Source: Candidatus Norongarragalinales archaeon (GTDB lineage: Archaea; Micrarchaeota; Micrarchaeia; Norongarragalinales; Norongarragalinaceae). Taken from it: 64,000 bases of DNA. Of the stretch, positions 1 to 10,625 are shown in pieces. Position 1 is the first letter of the stretch. Each line of letters starts with the position of its first letter. The stretch covers positions 608,001 to 672,000 of the forward strand of contig JAWABJ010000001.1 of the NCBI GenBank assembly GCA_038884755.1. Reading direction: 5' to 3'. A model generated the notes under the pieces. That model was not told where the DNA came from. It was given only the letters and a program-made list of their open reading frames with translations, and did not search any database. A program made the position numbers and the translations under genes.

Positions 1-1
1 A

Positions 2-115
2 AGCCTAGTCGACGAAGCAAAAGGGATTGCCGCGCAGTTGAAAAGAATTGCCGACGACGATTTGGTGCAACTGCACCAAAAGCTCGTTTCGGCAGACCAA
101 AAGCTCTCCGCGTAA
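2..115 (+). CDS. 3' end of an unidentified CDS (partial)
   Basis: Open frame SLVDEAKGIAAQLKRIADDDLVQLHQKLVSADQKLSA ending in TAA at 113-115; truncated by window edge. Confidence 0.5.
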   Translation, partial: SLVDEAKGIAAQLKRIADDDLVQLHQKLVSADQKLSA

Positions 116-196
116 AGCACGCAAACAATAAGCATTTATTTCCGGTTCCGGCAAATTACGTTTTCCCTAAAAACTCTGTAAGGTGAAAGCACTCGC

Positions 197-625
197 ATGG
201 CTTTAGAAAGGACTTTCGTGATGTTCAAGCCCGACTGCATGAAGAACGGCGTTCTCGGCAAAGTAATCCAGCGGCTTTTAGACTCGGGGCTCAAGCTCGA
301 GGCAATGAAAATGGTTTGGCTGGACAATAATGCGTTGGATGCGCACTACGCCCACCACAAAGACAAGCCGTTCTTTCCCGCGTTCAAGAAATTCATGAAA
401 AGCGCGCCCGTAGTGATGAGCGTTTGGGCGGGGGACGGTGCTGTCGCGCGCGTACGCGACTTGTGCGGGCCTACGGATTCTAAGAAAGCGCCCAAAGGGA
501 GCATTCGCGGGGATTTCGGGAAAGACGTGCAGGAAAACGTCATCCACGCTTCCGACTCGATTGAAACTGCGAAAGCAGAAATCAAGCGCTTTTTCTCCCC
601 CAATGAAATTTTCGACCGGTCTTGA
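197..625 (+). CDS. ndk: nucleoside diphosphate kinase
   Basis: ERTFVMFKPD N-terminus, GSIRGDFG, NVIHASDS catalytic His; SD GGTGA upstream. Confidence 0.97.
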   Translation: MALERTFVMFKPDCMKNGVLGKVIQRLLDSGLKLEAMKMVWLDNNALDAHYAHHKDKPFFPAFKKFMKSAPVVMSVWAGDGAVARVRDLCGPTDSKKAPKGSIRGDFGKDVQENVIHASDSIETAKAEIKRFFSPNEIFDRS

Positions 626-628
626 AAA

Positions 629-1129
629 ATGATTCTATCCAAAAGCGAGATTCTAGAACTCATCCTAAAGGAAAAACTCGTGGAAGGCTATGTAGATTTG
701 AAGCACCAGCTTCAACCGGCAAGCTTCGACCTCACGGTCGCGCAGGTGTTTGCTCTGGAAAGCCCGGCGACGATAGACTTCGACAACTCCTCTCGCAAGG
801 TAAGCAAAACCAAGGAAATTCCGTGGGAAAACAATGAAATCACGCTCGCGCAAGGAGAGTACAAAATCCAGTACAACGAAACCGTGCGGTTGCCAGCTGA
901 TATCGCCGCGTTGACCGTAAACCGCTCTTCCTTGGGAAGAAGCGGGTGCATAGTGCAAAGCGGATGGTGGGACCCGGGATATCACGGCAAGGGAGGAAGC
1001 ATGCTTACCGTCGGAAAACAAGGTTTGCACGTAAAGAAAAACGCGAAAGTCGCGCAAATGGTTTTCATGCGCGTTTCAGGCGAAAACACGCATATCTACG
1101 AAGGCGCTTACCACAAGGAAAACATTTGA
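629..1129 (+). CDS. archaeal dUTPase / dCTP deaminase family protein
   Basis: QLQPASFDLT, NRSSLGR, WDPGYHG, AQMVF motifs; deaminase catalytic Glu (TLE) not evident, so dUTPase more likely. Confidence 0.85.
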   Translation: MILSKSEILELILKEKLVEGYVDLKHQLQPASFDLTVAQVFALESPATIDFDNSSRKVSKTKEIPWENNEITLAQGEYKIQYNETVRLPADIAALTVNRSSLGRSGCIVQSGWWDPGYHGKGGSMLTVGKQGLHVKKNAKVAQMVFMRVSGENTHIYEGAYHKENI

Positions 1130-1227
1130 ACCAAAAACGCAATGCTTTTTATTCGCAGAAAGCGATAATTGAAAAAGCAGGAAAACTAGGTTTTCCCTAA
1201 TTCTGCTTTTTGGGTTGGGTGTTAGCA

Positions 1228-2280
1228 ATGAAAACATACCGGAAGGCGTATAGCTTCGACGACATGCTCCTCGTGCCGAAATACTCGGAAGTATTGCCTT
1301 CGCAGGCGGACGTTTCAACGCAATTGACCAAAAAAATCAGGTTGAGCCTTCCGATTTTGACTGCCGCAATGGATACGGTGACGGAAAAGCAAATGGCAAT
1401 CGCAGTTGCCGAAGAAGGCGGGCTTGGCGTTATACACAAGAACCTTTCGATCGAAGAGCAGGCGAAGCACGTTGTAGCAGTAAAAGCGAGAAAGCTGTTG
1501 GTGGGCGCTGCAGTCGGAGTGAATGACGACAAGCGCATCGAAACGTTGCTTGACGCGAAATGCGATTTGATAGTGGTGGATTCGGCGCACGGCGACAGCA
1601 AAAACGTATTGGAAGCAATAAAGCGCGCAAAAGCAATGGGCGCGCAAGTCTGCGGGGGAAATGTTGTTACGAAAGAAGGAGCAAGGGCGCTGGTCAAGGC
1701 GGGCGCCGACTGCGTGAAAGTGGGAGTCGGACCAGGTTCTATTTGCACTACTAGAATCGTTACTGGAGTAGGATTTCCGCAATTGAGCGCTGTTTTCGAC
1801 ACTGTAGAGTGCGGCGTTCCAGTGATTTCCGACGGCGGGATAAAGTATTCAGGAGACTTGGCTAAAGCTCTCGCCGCAGGCGCAAGCGCAGTAATGGCAG
1901 GCGGGCTTTTCGCCGGGACAGACGAAGCGCCTGGCGAAACAATGGACATTGATGGAAAGAAATACAAGGCATATCGCGGAATGGGGTCGATAAGCGCCAT
2001 GAAAAAAGGCTCTTCCTCGCGCTACAACCAAGACGACCTAGAGCACGGAAAACTCATCGCGCAAGGAGTGGAAGGAATAGTCGAATACAAAGGTTCCGTG
2101 AAAAGGATTTTCATGCAACTTGCAGGAGGACTGCGCAGCGGAATGGGCTTCGTCGGCGCTAAAAACCTGAAGGAACTGCAGAAAAAAGCCGAATTCGTGG
2201 AAATCACTTGGGCTGGAGTCAAGGAAAGCCACCCGCACTCGCTCAAAGGCTTCAAGAAGGAAGAAAACTACAGGGGTTAA
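1228..2280 (+). CDS. guaB: IMP dehydrogenase, lacking CBS subdomain
   Basis: [27 protein letters not shown] catalytic Cys loop, YRGMGS; only ~350 aa. Confidence 0.93.
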   Translation: MKTYRKAYSFDDMLLVPKYSEVLPSQADVSTQLTKKIRLSLPILTAAMDTVTEKQMAIAVAEEGGLGVIHKNLSIEEQAKHVVAVKARKLLVGAAVGVNDDKRIETLLDAKCDLIVVDSAHGDSKNVLEAIKRAKAMGAQVCGGNVVTKEGARALVKAGADCVKVGVGPGSICTTRIVTGVGFPQLSAVFDTVECGVPVISDGGIKYSGDLAKALAAGASAVMAGGLFAGTDEAPGETMDIDGKKYKAYRGMGSISAMKKGSSSRYNQDDLEHGKLIAQGVEGIVEYKGSVKRIFMQLAGGLRSGMGFVGAKNLKELQKKAEFVEITWAGVKESHPHSLKGFKKEENYRG

Positions 2281-2325
2281 GGCTATTTCAATCAAACCGG
2301 ACAAGAGGTATTAAGGTGTTTTAGA

Positions 2326-4089
2326 ATGCTTCGCCAACCCATTGTCACGGTAATGGGCCACGTCGACCACGGCAAGACGTCCCTATTGGATGCCATACGC
2401 CAGAGCAGCGTCGCCAAGCGCGAGCATGGTGGAATAACACAACATGTTGGCGCTAGCGAAGTGCCGCTTGAAGTCGTAAAAAACATTTGCGGGCCAATGC
2501 TCGAACGCATGAACACCGAATTCACGATTCCCGGCCTCTTGTTCATCGACACGCCCGGCCACGAGGCTTTTACGAATTTGAGAAGGCGCGGAGGCAGCGT
2601 GGCGGACATTGCTATTTTGGTTATAGACGTAACGAAAGGGATAGAAGCGCAGACCATCGAGGCAATAGAAATCCTGAAGGAATACAAAACCCCGTTTGTA
2701 ATTGCCTTGAACAAAATCGACGCGTTGAGCGGGTGGAATTTCAAAGGCGCAAGCGTTTCCGATTCGCTGCCGCTCCAAAGGCAGGACGTTCTCAACGCCT
2801 TGGACGAAAAGGCCTATGCGTTAATAGGGCGGCTGTACGAATTCGGCCTTCAAGCAGAGCGTTTCGACCGTATAAGCGATTTCACAAAGCAGGTGATTAT
2901 CATTCCCTGCAGCGCGAAAACGCGCGAGGGGCTGCCCGAGCTTTTGATGTTTGTCGCTGGCTTGGCGCAGCGCTTTCTCAAGCAACGGCTGGAATTGCAC
3001 GAAAGCATCGCGGGCAAGGGAAGCATTCTCGAAGTGCGCGAAGAAGAAGGGCTGGGAAAAACGCTTGACGTTATTTTGTACGACGGGAAAATCGCGCAGG
3101 GCGACGAAATCGTTTTCGCGACGGACGAAGGCCCGAAGGTTTCGAAAGTCAAGGCTTTGCTCGAGCCAAAACCGTTGGACGAAATGCGCGACCCGCGGCA
3201 AAAATTCGATTCGGTCGAAAGCGTTACCGCGGCGAGCGGAGTAAAAATAGCCTGCGAACACTCGGAAAAGGCCATCGCAGGCTCTAGCTTGGTGGTAGTT
3301 GGAAAAGAAGAGAACGAAGAACAGGCAATCGAATACATAAGCCAGGAACTGAGGGACTTGGTGGTGGAGAATGAAGGCGAAGGAGTGATTTTGCGGGCGG
3401 ATACGCTCGGAAGCCTCGAAGCGATAACGCGCCTGTTTTCAATGGAAAAAATCCCGGTGAAAAGCGCGAGCATCGGCAACGTGTTCAGAAAACAGGTGTT
3501 CCAAGCGGCGTCGGTGAGGGAGAAAGAAAAACTTTTGGGGGTTGTCTTTGCGTTCAACGTGGAAGTTGACGATTCTGCAAAGGCAGAAGCGGAAAACGAA
3601 AGCGTGAAAATATTCGAGGAGGAAATCATTTACAATTTGATTGAAGGTTATAAGCAGTGGCGCGATGCAGAGAAGGCGAAGGAAAAGAAAGAGGCGTTTT
3701 CTAAGGTTTGCTTTCCGGCTAAAATCTTGCTTTTACCCAACGCTTGTTTCAGAGTCTCCAACCCTGCAGTCTTCGGCGTGGAGGTTTTGGAAGGCAGAAT
3801 TCGCAAAAACCAGAGTTTCATCAATGTCCAAGGGCAGAGCGTCGGAACAATCCGTGCGATTCAGCATGAGAAGGAAGAAATCGAGGAAGCAAAGAAAGGA
3901 CAGCAGGTTGCAGTCTCGATGCCCGAGCCGTTCTACGGCAGGCAAATAAAACAAAGCGAAATTTTGTACGCCGATTGTTCGAAGGACGATATCAAAACAC
4001 TCGAAACTAAATACGCCTCGTCGCTGAGCGACGGGGAAAAGGAGTTGCTGAAGGAAATAAAACGCATGAAGGGCTACTCCGTGTTCTGA
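2326..4089 (+). CDS. infB: translation initiation factor aIF5B (IF-2)
   Basis: [37 protein letters not shown]; archaeal length. Confidence 0.97.
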   Translation: MLRQPIVTVMGHVDHGKTSLLDAIRQSSVAKREHGGITQHVGASEVPLEVVKNICGPMLERMNTEFTIPGLLFIDTPGHEAFTNLRRRGGSVADIAILVIDVTKGIEAQTIEAIEILKEYKTPFVIALNKIDALSGWNFKGASVSDSLPLQRQDVLNALDEKAYALIGRLYEFGLQAERFDRISDFTKQVIIIPCSAKTREGLPELLMFVAGLAQRFLKQRLELHESIAGKGSILEVREEEGLGKTLDVILYDGKIAQGDEIVFATDEGPKVSKVKALLEPKPLDEMRDPRQKFDSVESVTAASGVKIACEHSEKAIAGSSLVVVGKEENEEQAIEYISQELRDLVVENEGEGVILRADTLGSLEAITRLFSMEKIPVKSASIGNVFRKQVFQAASVREKEKLLGVVFAFNVEVDDSAKAEAENESVKIFEEEIIYNLIEGYKQWRDAEKAKEKKEAFSKVCFPAKILLLPNACFRVSNPAVFGVEVLEGRIRKNQSFINVQGQSVGTIRAIQHEKEEIEEAKKGQQVAVSMPEPFYGRQIKQSEILYADCSKDDIKTLETKYASSLSDGEKELLKEIKRMKGYSVF

Positions 4090-4174
4090 AAAGTATTAAA
4101 AACCGAAAACTGGCAAATATAATTTCCTCTATAAAGTTCAGCGTATAATTTTTGCGCTTTAAAGGTGGTTACGG

Positions 4175-4597
4175 ATGAAGATAGTGTTCAGCGAAGGAAA
4201 GCAAAGCTTCCAGAAGGATTACGAAGGAAAAGCTTTAGTGGGAAAGAAAATCGGCGACGAGTTCGAAGGCGGAATCATAGGCCTTGACGGCTATAAGCTT
4301 AAGATTACGGGCGGAAGCGCGAAAGACGGCTCGCCCATGCATCCGGCAATCGCCGGGCAAAAAAGACTCAAAGCCGTTTTGGGCAGGGGAATAGGAACGA
4401 GGCACTTGCCCCGCGGAAAAAAACTCAAGAAAGGAGTTGCAGGAAACACCGTTTCCGAGAGCGTAACGCAAATCAACGCGAAAATAACCGCGAAAGGAAG
4501 CAAAACCCTCGCTGAATTAGGCTTTACTCCAAAACCAAAGGGCGAAAAGAAAGCCGAGGAAAAAGAAACAAAGCCGGCTGCTAAAAAGAAGAAGTAA
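4175..4597 (+). CDS. rps6e: 30S ribosomal protein eS6
   Basis: LVGKKIGDEFEG..IGLDGYKLKITGGS.KDG.PM, QINAKI; follows aIF5B as usual in archaea. Confidence 0.93.
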   Translation: MKIVFSEGKQSFQKDYEGKALVGKKIGDEFEGGIIGLDGYKLKITGGSAKDGSPMHPAIAGQKRLKAVLGRGIGTRHLPRGKKLKKGVAGNTVSESVTQINAKITAKGSKTLAELGFTPKPKGEKKAEEKETKPAAKKKK

Positions 4598-4600
4598 GGT

Positions 4601-5503
4601 TCAACGCAGTTCCGCAAGCACGTCCTTGTGCGCGTGCGAATTGATTACGACCCCGGCGCCTATTTCCACGCCTGCCCAAACGCTTTTCCTCGGGTAGAAT
4701 TCTATATGCAAGTGCCCGGTTTCGTGGAAAACGAAATTGTAAGATTCGCTTATCCCTGAAGTTTTCTTGATGCACTGTTGTATCGCCTGCAAAAGCAAAA
4801 CGCCTTCGTGCACGCTTAAATCCTTTAAACGCAAAACGTGTTTTTTCGGGACAATCCACAATTCGTAGCCAAACCTACCGAACTCTGGCGCGACCACGCG
4901 CGCGAAGGAATTCTCAAAAACCGCGTGCTGTTTCGAAGAAAAGTAGCAGTAAAAACATTTTCCGGTATTGCGACGGAAAGATTCGAAAAACCACTCTTCG
5001 TGAAAGAGCAACGGAGGCTTGAAGGGGAAAGAGAATATTTGTGCGTGCTCGTGGGGAATGCTCGCCCCTCCGGCAAGCCCGTGATTTTTGATGAGCAACA
5101 CGCTGTCCACGCCCGTTCTTTTTTTCAAAAGCTTTAGCCGAGAAACGTAAGTCTCGAAAACCAGGCGCAACTGCCGTTCGTCAAGGTTTTGAAACAGCTC
5201 TTCATGCGAAGGCGTCTCAACTATAACCTCGTGTTCCCCGAAAGCCGGACCGGGAATTTTGGTGAAACGCCCGTACGGCTTCAACGCCGGAAAGGCGTTT
5301 TCGAAAACCCGCGTTTGCCAGTGTTTTGCGTTAGGCAGAGCGAAACGCGTGGGCGGCGTCATTTTCTCGCTGCCCTTGCAGAAAGGGCACGGCGGCTTTT
5401 CTTTCGATTTCGCGAAAAGCCTAGGGCGTTTCGAGCGTTTTCCGGCCACTATTACGATTTGCCCTTTCGTCGGGTCGAACGTAATCTTGTTTTCGTCCGT
5501 CAT
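4601..5503 (-). CDS. galT: GalT-like hexose-1-phosphate nucleotidyltransferase (HIT superfamily)
   Basis: RSKRP, CPFC.G.E, N.FPAL, GEHEVIVETP.H, NHG..GGASIPHEHAQI (HxHxQ), C..C. Confidence 0.85.
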   Translation of the reverse strand: MTDENKITFDPTKGQIVIVAGKRSKRPRLFAKSKEKPPCPFCKGSEKMTPPTRFALPNAKHWQTRVFENAFPALKPYGRFTKIPGPAFGEHEVIVETPSHEELFQNLDERQLRLVFETYVSRLKLLKKRTGVDSVLLIKNHGLAGGASIPHEHAQIFSFPFKPPLLFHEEWFFESFRRNTGKCFYCYFSSKQHAVFENSFARVVAPEFGRFGYELWIVPKKHVLRLKDLSVHEGVLLLQAIQQCIKKTSGISESYNFVFHETGHLHIEFYPRKSVWAGVEIGAGVVINSHAHKDVLAELR

Positions 5504-5712
5504 TTCTTTTCACCGACGCTCAAGCTCGTTCCGAGAAGCGAAAAAAGCAAAGCCAATACTATCAAGTCGTAATAGCCCACGCTGCGCGAGGAAACGGTGG
5601 AAAGGAGTATGTCAAAGAGGAGTGTAGATGCGAAAATGAACGCGAAAAGCTTTTTGTTAAATTTCACCGCCAACGCAATCCCCGCTGAAAAAATCCGAAG
5701 TGGATTACGCAA
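5500..5712 (-). CDS. small membrane protein
   Basis: Two hydrophobic segments; overlaps galT start by 4 nt; start codon uncertain. Confidence 0.5.
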   Translation of the reverse strand: MRNPLRIFSAGIALAVKFNKKLFAFIFASTLLFDILLSTVSSRSVGYYDLIVLALLFSLLGTSLSVGEKK

Positions 5713-5731
5713 GGGCGGTTAAAAAACCATT

Positions 5732-7102
5732 TCAGCTGGCAAGAACTATGAGTTCGGCAAGGGAATTCAGGCGGACGGAAGCGCTTTTCTCAACCTGCTT
5801 TGTCGAAGGGTTTACGCACACGCTCAGTCCCGCGCTTTCGAACATTTCGACATCCTGTTTCGAATCCCCGACCGCTATGACTTCTTCGATCCGCGCCGAG
5901 TACTTGCGCATCAAGTATTTTACTGCCGCACCTTTGGAAAAGACGTTTTCCCTGGAATCGACACTGGAAAAGGGAATCTTGCATTTCCCCGTGAAGATGC
6001 CGTTTTTCTCTTCCAGCTGGGGCGAAATTATTTCGTCGAAAAAGCCTTGGGGAAAAACGGAATTCACCGCCCGCCTGAAAGAGTAGGAAACCACGGCAAG
6101 CTTATACCCCATGCGCTTCAAGTAAGTCAAAGTTTCGACTGCATAAGGGGTTTTTGGCATTTCAGACGCGGCTGCCGCAAGCTGGCGCGAAGTCTTGCCT
6201 TTCAGCAGCAAGGCGATGTTTTGCGTAAGCTGGCGTTCGGTAATGCTGCCCGAAAGGAACTTTCTCCGCTCCCGCTCGAGATTGCGCTCGAAACCAAGTT
6301 TTTTGGAAACGAAGGCAATGCTGCTTCCGGCAACGAGAGTCTTGTCGAAATCCAAGACTATGAGCTTGTGTTTGTTGGCGAAAAACCCAGCCCGTTGGAG
6401 TATGGTCTTGATGACGTGGCGCGAGGTCACTGCCAAGCTCGAAAGCGAACGGTGCTTGTGCTTCAACGAGCCTATGTTTACTTCAACGATTTTCTCCCCG
6501 CCCTGGAGTGCGTCTAGCACGAGCGCTATGTCCACGCCCCAATCGTCGGCAATGTCAAGCCTTTCAAGCAATTCGCGAGTGGCGCAAAACTGTCCGCTCA
6601 ACGGCTCGGAAAGGGAAAAGCCCGGAAACAAGTATCCCAACAGCGGTTTTGCCGCCAGTTCAGTAACCCGCCCTCCCTCGCCGCGCTTGAACGTAGCTTT
6701 TGCAAAAGCAGCTTGCCCCAACGCAACCGGCTCGATGAGAGGGAACAATTTCGATGGGGAGATGTTTTCCAGGTCTCCGTCGACGAAAAGCAGGACGTTG
6801 TTCTCAGCGCGTTTGATGCCCGTTTTTATCGCGTGCCCTTTGCCGAGGTTTTTCGCATGCTTTACTACCCGCGCACCGGCTTTTCTTGCCGCAGTGGCAG
6901 TTGCGTCTGTCGAACCGTCATCCACGACGATTATTTCGCTTACTGAGCGTGTTTTCTTCAAGGCTTCGATTACCGAAGCAATAGTCTTGGACTCATTGAA
7001 GGCGGGAATTATCGCGGATACTGGCGCGAGCTCCATATCGCCCCAAGCCTTGCCGAAAATCTTCAAAACGCTTTTCAACGGTTTGAATTCCTTAAAACGC
7101 AT
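5732..7102 (-). CDS. GT-A glycosyltransferase (glucosyl-3-phosphoglycerate synthase-like) fused to HAD/SerB-like phosphatase
   Basis: IIPAFNE, VVDDGSTD, GKG.A, FVDGD, GGRVTELAAKPLL, EPLSGQF, HKHR; C-terminal LDFDKTL, K, GDSKQD HAD motifs. Confidence 0.85.
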   Translation of the reverse strand: MRFKEFKPLKSVLKIFGKAWGDMELAPVSAIIPAFNESKTIASVIEALKKTRSVSEIIVVDDGSTDATATAARKAGARVVKHAKNLGKGHAIKTGIKRAENNVLLFVDGDLENISPSKLFPLIEPVALGQAAFAKATFKRGEGGRVTELAAKPLLGYLFPGFSLSEPLSGQFCATRELLERLDIADDWGVDIALVLDALQGGEKIVEVNIGSLKHKHRSLSSLAVTSRHVIKTILQRAGFFANKHKLIVLDFDKTLVAGSSIAFVSKKLGFERNLERERRKFLSGSITERQLTQNIALLLKGKTSRQLAAAASEMPKTPYAVETLTYLKRMGYKLAVVSYSFRRAVNSVFPQGFFDEIISPQLEEKNGIFTGKCKIPFSSVDSRENVFSKGAAVKYLMRKYSARIEEVIAVGDSKQDVEMFESAGLSVCVNPSTKQVEKSASVRLNSLAELIVLAS

Positions 7103-7156
7103 TAGGCAAACACCATGAATCCTCCCGGCTTTGCAAGTGAAAGCCAGCCGTAAAAA

Positions 7157-7882
7157 CTACCACTGCTCGAACTTTATTTTTTCCTGCGTCACGCCCAGGC
7201 TTTTGAGCACTTCGAAAGCGCCGTGCGTATAGCGCGGAGGCCCGCAAATGTAATAGCTTTGCGTTTCGGGATAAGGAACGTGGCGCGTGAGCATTTCCGC
7301 AGTCAAATAGCCTTCTTCCTTAGTTCCGTCCCAAGGCGCGCTTTCTTCCGGGCGCGTCAAGTCCAAAACGTACTTGAAGTCGGGATTGCGTTTTTCCAAA
7401 TCTTTGAAATACCCCAAAAACGGCGTTTCCTGCACGGTTCGGTTCGAGTGTATCAAAACCATTTTAGTAGGCAACTTCTTCTCATCTACGTATTTTATCA
7501 TGGAAAGCAAGGGTGCGATGCCCACTCCTCCCGCCAGGAAAACCACGCTTTCCGCTCGCTCGTCAAAAACGAAATTGCCGTAAGGCCCGAAAAAACCCAT
7601 TTTGTCGCCGGGCTTTATCGACTGGAGCTTGGTGGGAAAATTGGGCGTCATGCGGTATGTGATGGACACTTTGTCGGTCAAAAGCGGGGAAGAGGAAATG
7701 GAGTAAACCCTGCCTTCGCCGTAAGACCCGTCTTCCTTCAAAAGAAAATAAGTGCAGCACTGCCCGGGCTTGGGCTGAATGGGAGTGGAAAGCTGGAATT
7801 CGCTTGTTTTTACCGTCGCACACTCGTCGTAAGTCCGCAGGAGGGTTACAAGCTGCCTCTTCAATAATAAACACCTTTTCAA
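7157..7882 (-). CDS. FNR-type FAD/NAD(P)-binding oxidoreductase
   Basis: RVYSISS, GPYGNF, LAGGVGIAP, YICGPP, terminal FEQW; start uncertain. Confidence 0.9.
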   Translation of the reverse strand: MKRCLLLKRQLVTLLRTYDECATVKTSEFQLSTPIQPKPGQCCTYFLLKEDGSYGEGRVYSISSSPLLTDKVSITYRMTPNFPTKLQSIKPGDKMGFFGPYGNFVFDERAESVVFLAGGVGIAPLLSMIKYVDEKKLPTKMVLIHSNRTVQETPFLGYFKDLEKRNPDFKYVLDLTRPEESAPWDGTKEEGYLTAEMLTRHVPYPETQSYYICGPPRYTHGAFEVLKSLGVTQEKIKFEQW

Positions 7883-8005
7883 AAGCCAAAAAGCAATAGC
7901 TTGCTATGACTGGATTTTACCAAATAACTTTTGGAACGAAATCGTTTTTAATCCCGACGGGCAAATGTTTTTTTAAAAATCTATTCGAAAAGAGCGTGTT
8001 TTGTT

Positions 8006-8257
8006 TTGGCGAGATACAAGATAGTTTACGAGCGCGTAGGGTGCATCGGCGCTGCAGTGTGTGTTGCAGTAAACCCTGCACGGTGGGAGTTGGATGCGGA
8101 CAGCAAAGCCAACCTCATAGGCGGAATCAAGAACGGCGATTCTTTCGAACTTGAGCTTGACGAGGGTGAGATAGAACAAATGAAGCAGGCGGCTGAAGGC
8201 TGTCCCGTCAACGTCATTCACATTATCAACCTCGATACAGGCGAAAAGTTAATTTGA
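8006..8257 (+). CDS. ferredoxin
   Basis: CIGAAVCVAV..AAEGCPVNVI single-cluster motif with Ala replacing second Cys. Confidence 0.85.
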   Translation: MARYKIVYERVGCIGAAVCVAVNPARWELDADSKANLIGGIKNGDSFELELDEGEIEQMKQAAEGCPVNVIHIINLDTGEKLI

Positions 8258-8278
8258 AAACGGGGCGTGGAATTTTAC

Positions 8279-8896
8279 ATGCTTAAAACAATAAAGACGG
8301 GGCTGGTTGCGGTCGCGGTCGTTGCAATCGCGCTGCTCGCGTACCAAGCTTTCCTTTCGCCCAAAGCCGCATCTCCTTCGACCCGAGAATACCACGCGCA
8401 CGCGGATTTCGCCGTTTTCGTCAACGGACAAAAGCTTGATTTTGCGAAAGAAGAGTTCATGCACAAGGAAACGTGCGGCAAGCCAGGCGAGGAAGAGCCG
8501 CCCATAGACTTGAATACACCAGAGGGCATGGCCGAAGCCGCGCACTTGCACGACTTGAACGGAAACGTAGCGCATTTCCACCACGAGAACGCCACTCTCG
8601 CCATGTTCTTCAAAGGGCTGGATTTTGGCCTGACTGGAGAGTGTTTTGAAACTCGCGAGGCAAGATACTGCAACACAGACTTCAAAAAAATAAAGGTTTT
8701 TGCCAACGGAATGCAAATTGCGGACATCGAAAAATACGTTCCCAGCGATTTGGACAAGATTCTTGTTACTTACGGCGAGGAAAGCGCTTCGGAAATCCGC
8801 GCCGAGAACGAGCAGTTGACTAACCAGGCGTGTATTTATTCGGAAAAATGTCCTAAACCCGAGGGCTTCGTGATAACGCCCGAATCGTGCGCTTAG
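8279..8896 (+). CDS. membrane-anchored/secreted hypothetical protein with His and Cys clusters
   Basis: N-terminal TM; YHAHADF, AHLHD..AHFHH, several Cys. Confidence 0.7.
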   Translation: MLKTIKTGLVAVAVVAIALLAYQAFLSPKAASPSTREYHAHADFAVFVNGQKLDFAKEEFMHKETCGKPGEEEPPIDLNTPEGMAEAAHLHDLNGNVAHFHHENATLAMFFKGLDFGLTGECFETREARYCNTDFKKIKVFANGMQIADIEKYVPSDLDKILVTYGEESASEIRAENEQLTNQACIYSEKCPKPEGFVITPESCA

Positions 8897-8903
8897 CCGG
8901 GCG

Positions 8904-9934
8904 TCATTCTTTCGGAAACTTGGTTTTTCCCGTATTCACGATAAGCATTTTCTTGTTTTTCGGCAGTTTTTCCTTGAGCTGCAGCATTAGCGCCAGACCT
9001 GCTATGCCTGAAGGCTCGCAGCTTATGCCCTGCGCTTGCGCTAAATCCATAGCTTCGTCGAAGTGGTTCTCTTTAACTAAGTGAACGTTAGAAAGCGGAC
9101 CACAATAACCAGCATAGCGGTAGAGCCGAATCCATTGTTCGTCGTAGTGCATAAACGGCAAGTGTGGGGAGTAAAGTTTGTCCGCTTTCGAATTCGGGTT
9201 GTTCGTAGTTGCACCGAAGAAGTTGCATTTTGTCAGGGCGCTTAGTTTTCCTTCGAAGCGCGGATCGTGACTTTGGGCTGAAGAGATTTCGCGCTTGTTG
9301 ACGTTAAGGATATTTTCATAAAGGTTTCCGGAACCAAACGGAATGAAGCAATAGTCTGGAGAATTGTTGAGTATTTCGTAGCTCATCCAGTCGTAAAAGC
9401 GCGTGTCGGGGTCCAGCGCTTGCGCCGAGGTTACGTCGAAGCCGCCTTTGTTGTTGGTAAGCGAAAGGATTTCGTTCCAGGAAAATGCTTTCTTGCTCAA
9501 GTCAGTCTGGTATATTTCACACCCGATTTTTTTTAGTCCGGAAAGAATTTTGCCGTTTATGCGGATGTCCACCAAAACCTTGAGCCGCGGGAGGCCGTAC
9601 TTGCTCAACATGGTTTGGATTGCAGTTGCTGCCGAACCTGAAGAGATTATGGACATGTGGGGCAAAGGACCGCTTATTTGCCCACGTTTTTTCGCCAGGA
9701 GAAAATCCCTGTAAGTTACTATGATTTCCCAAGCCATGCGGTCTTTGTGCGTGCCCGTCGGGTTGACGCTCTCGTCTTTCAGCCAAACGTCGGAAAAATC
9801 CGAAACCTTGATTTTGAATGTGGGGGTGGCGGGAAATTTGGGGTTGTCTGTCGGGAATTCCGGCTTTCTAGGTCGTTTTCAGAAGTGGTCGGAATAGCGT
9901 CGAGGATTTTCTGTTCTTCGGAAGTCAAAACCAT
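8904..9934 (-). pseudogene. PLP-dependent enzyme (threonine synthase/fold type II), frameshifted near 5' end
   Basis: WLKDESVNPTGTHKDR PLP-Lys motif lies upstream of the ORF-track start (9737) in the same frame; ATG at 9934 is in another frame; SSGSAA, PFGSG, CEPSGIAG, NTG motifs downstream. Confidence 0.75.
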
Positions 9935-10003
9935 GAAATACCCTTTGAAAAAACAATCTTAAAATATGATGGCGTCGTATGCTTTTAGAGAGGTGGGGGA
10001 ACT

Positions 10004-10600
10004 TTGTTTGAATTGCCTAAGCTTGAATACTCGTATAACGCGTTAGAGCCGTACATAGACGAAATGACGATGACTATCCATCATACTAAACACCACCAGG
10101 CGTATATCGACAACGTGAACAAAGCAATCGCAGGAACGCCGTTCGACGGAAAGCCTGTTGAAGAGTTGCTGAAAAACTTGAACGCTATTCCTGAGAACAT
10201 TCGCAACGCGGTGCGCAACCACGGCGGAGGGCATTACAACCACTCGCTTTTCTGGAAGATGATGGGGCCTGGAAAAGGCGGGCAGCCTTCAGGAAATATG
10301 TCTGATGCGTTGAACGAACGGTTTGGTTCTTTTGACAAGTTCGTCGAGCAATTCACCGCAAGCGCACTGGGGCGTTTTGGAAGCGGATGGGCTTGGCTGG
10401 TTTCCAACAACGGCACTCTCGAAATAGTTTCGACTGCAAACCAGGACAATCCAGTCAGCGAAGGGAAAAAGCCTCTGCTTGGCGTGGACGTTTGGGAGCA
10501 CGCGTATTATTTGAAGTACCAGAACAAGCGCGCAGATTACGTGAAAGCATGGTGGAACGTGGTCGATTGGGATTACGCGCAAAGCCAGTTCGAAAAATAG
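10004..10600 (+). CDS. sod: Mn/Fe superoxide dismutase
   Basis: [43 protein letters not shown] with TTG start. Confidence 0.97.
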   Translation: MFELPKLEYSYNALEPYIDEMTMTIHHTKHHQAYIDNVNKAIAGTPFDGKPVEELLKNLNAIPENIRNAVRNHGGGHYNHSLFWKMMGPGKGGQPSGNMSDALNERFGSFDKFVEQFTASALGRFGSGWAWLVSNNGTLEIVSTANQDNPVSEGKKPLLGVDVWEHAYYLKYQNKRADYVKAWWNVVDWDYAQSQFEK

Positions 10601-10625
10601 GAGAAAAAAAGTCCGGGAGCTTTTT

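Noticed and set aside
1180..1196. GGAAAAC-TAG-GTTTTCC hairpin before guaB as a member of the repeat family
   Set aside because: Similar but too short to assign; could be chance or a local regulatory hairpin.
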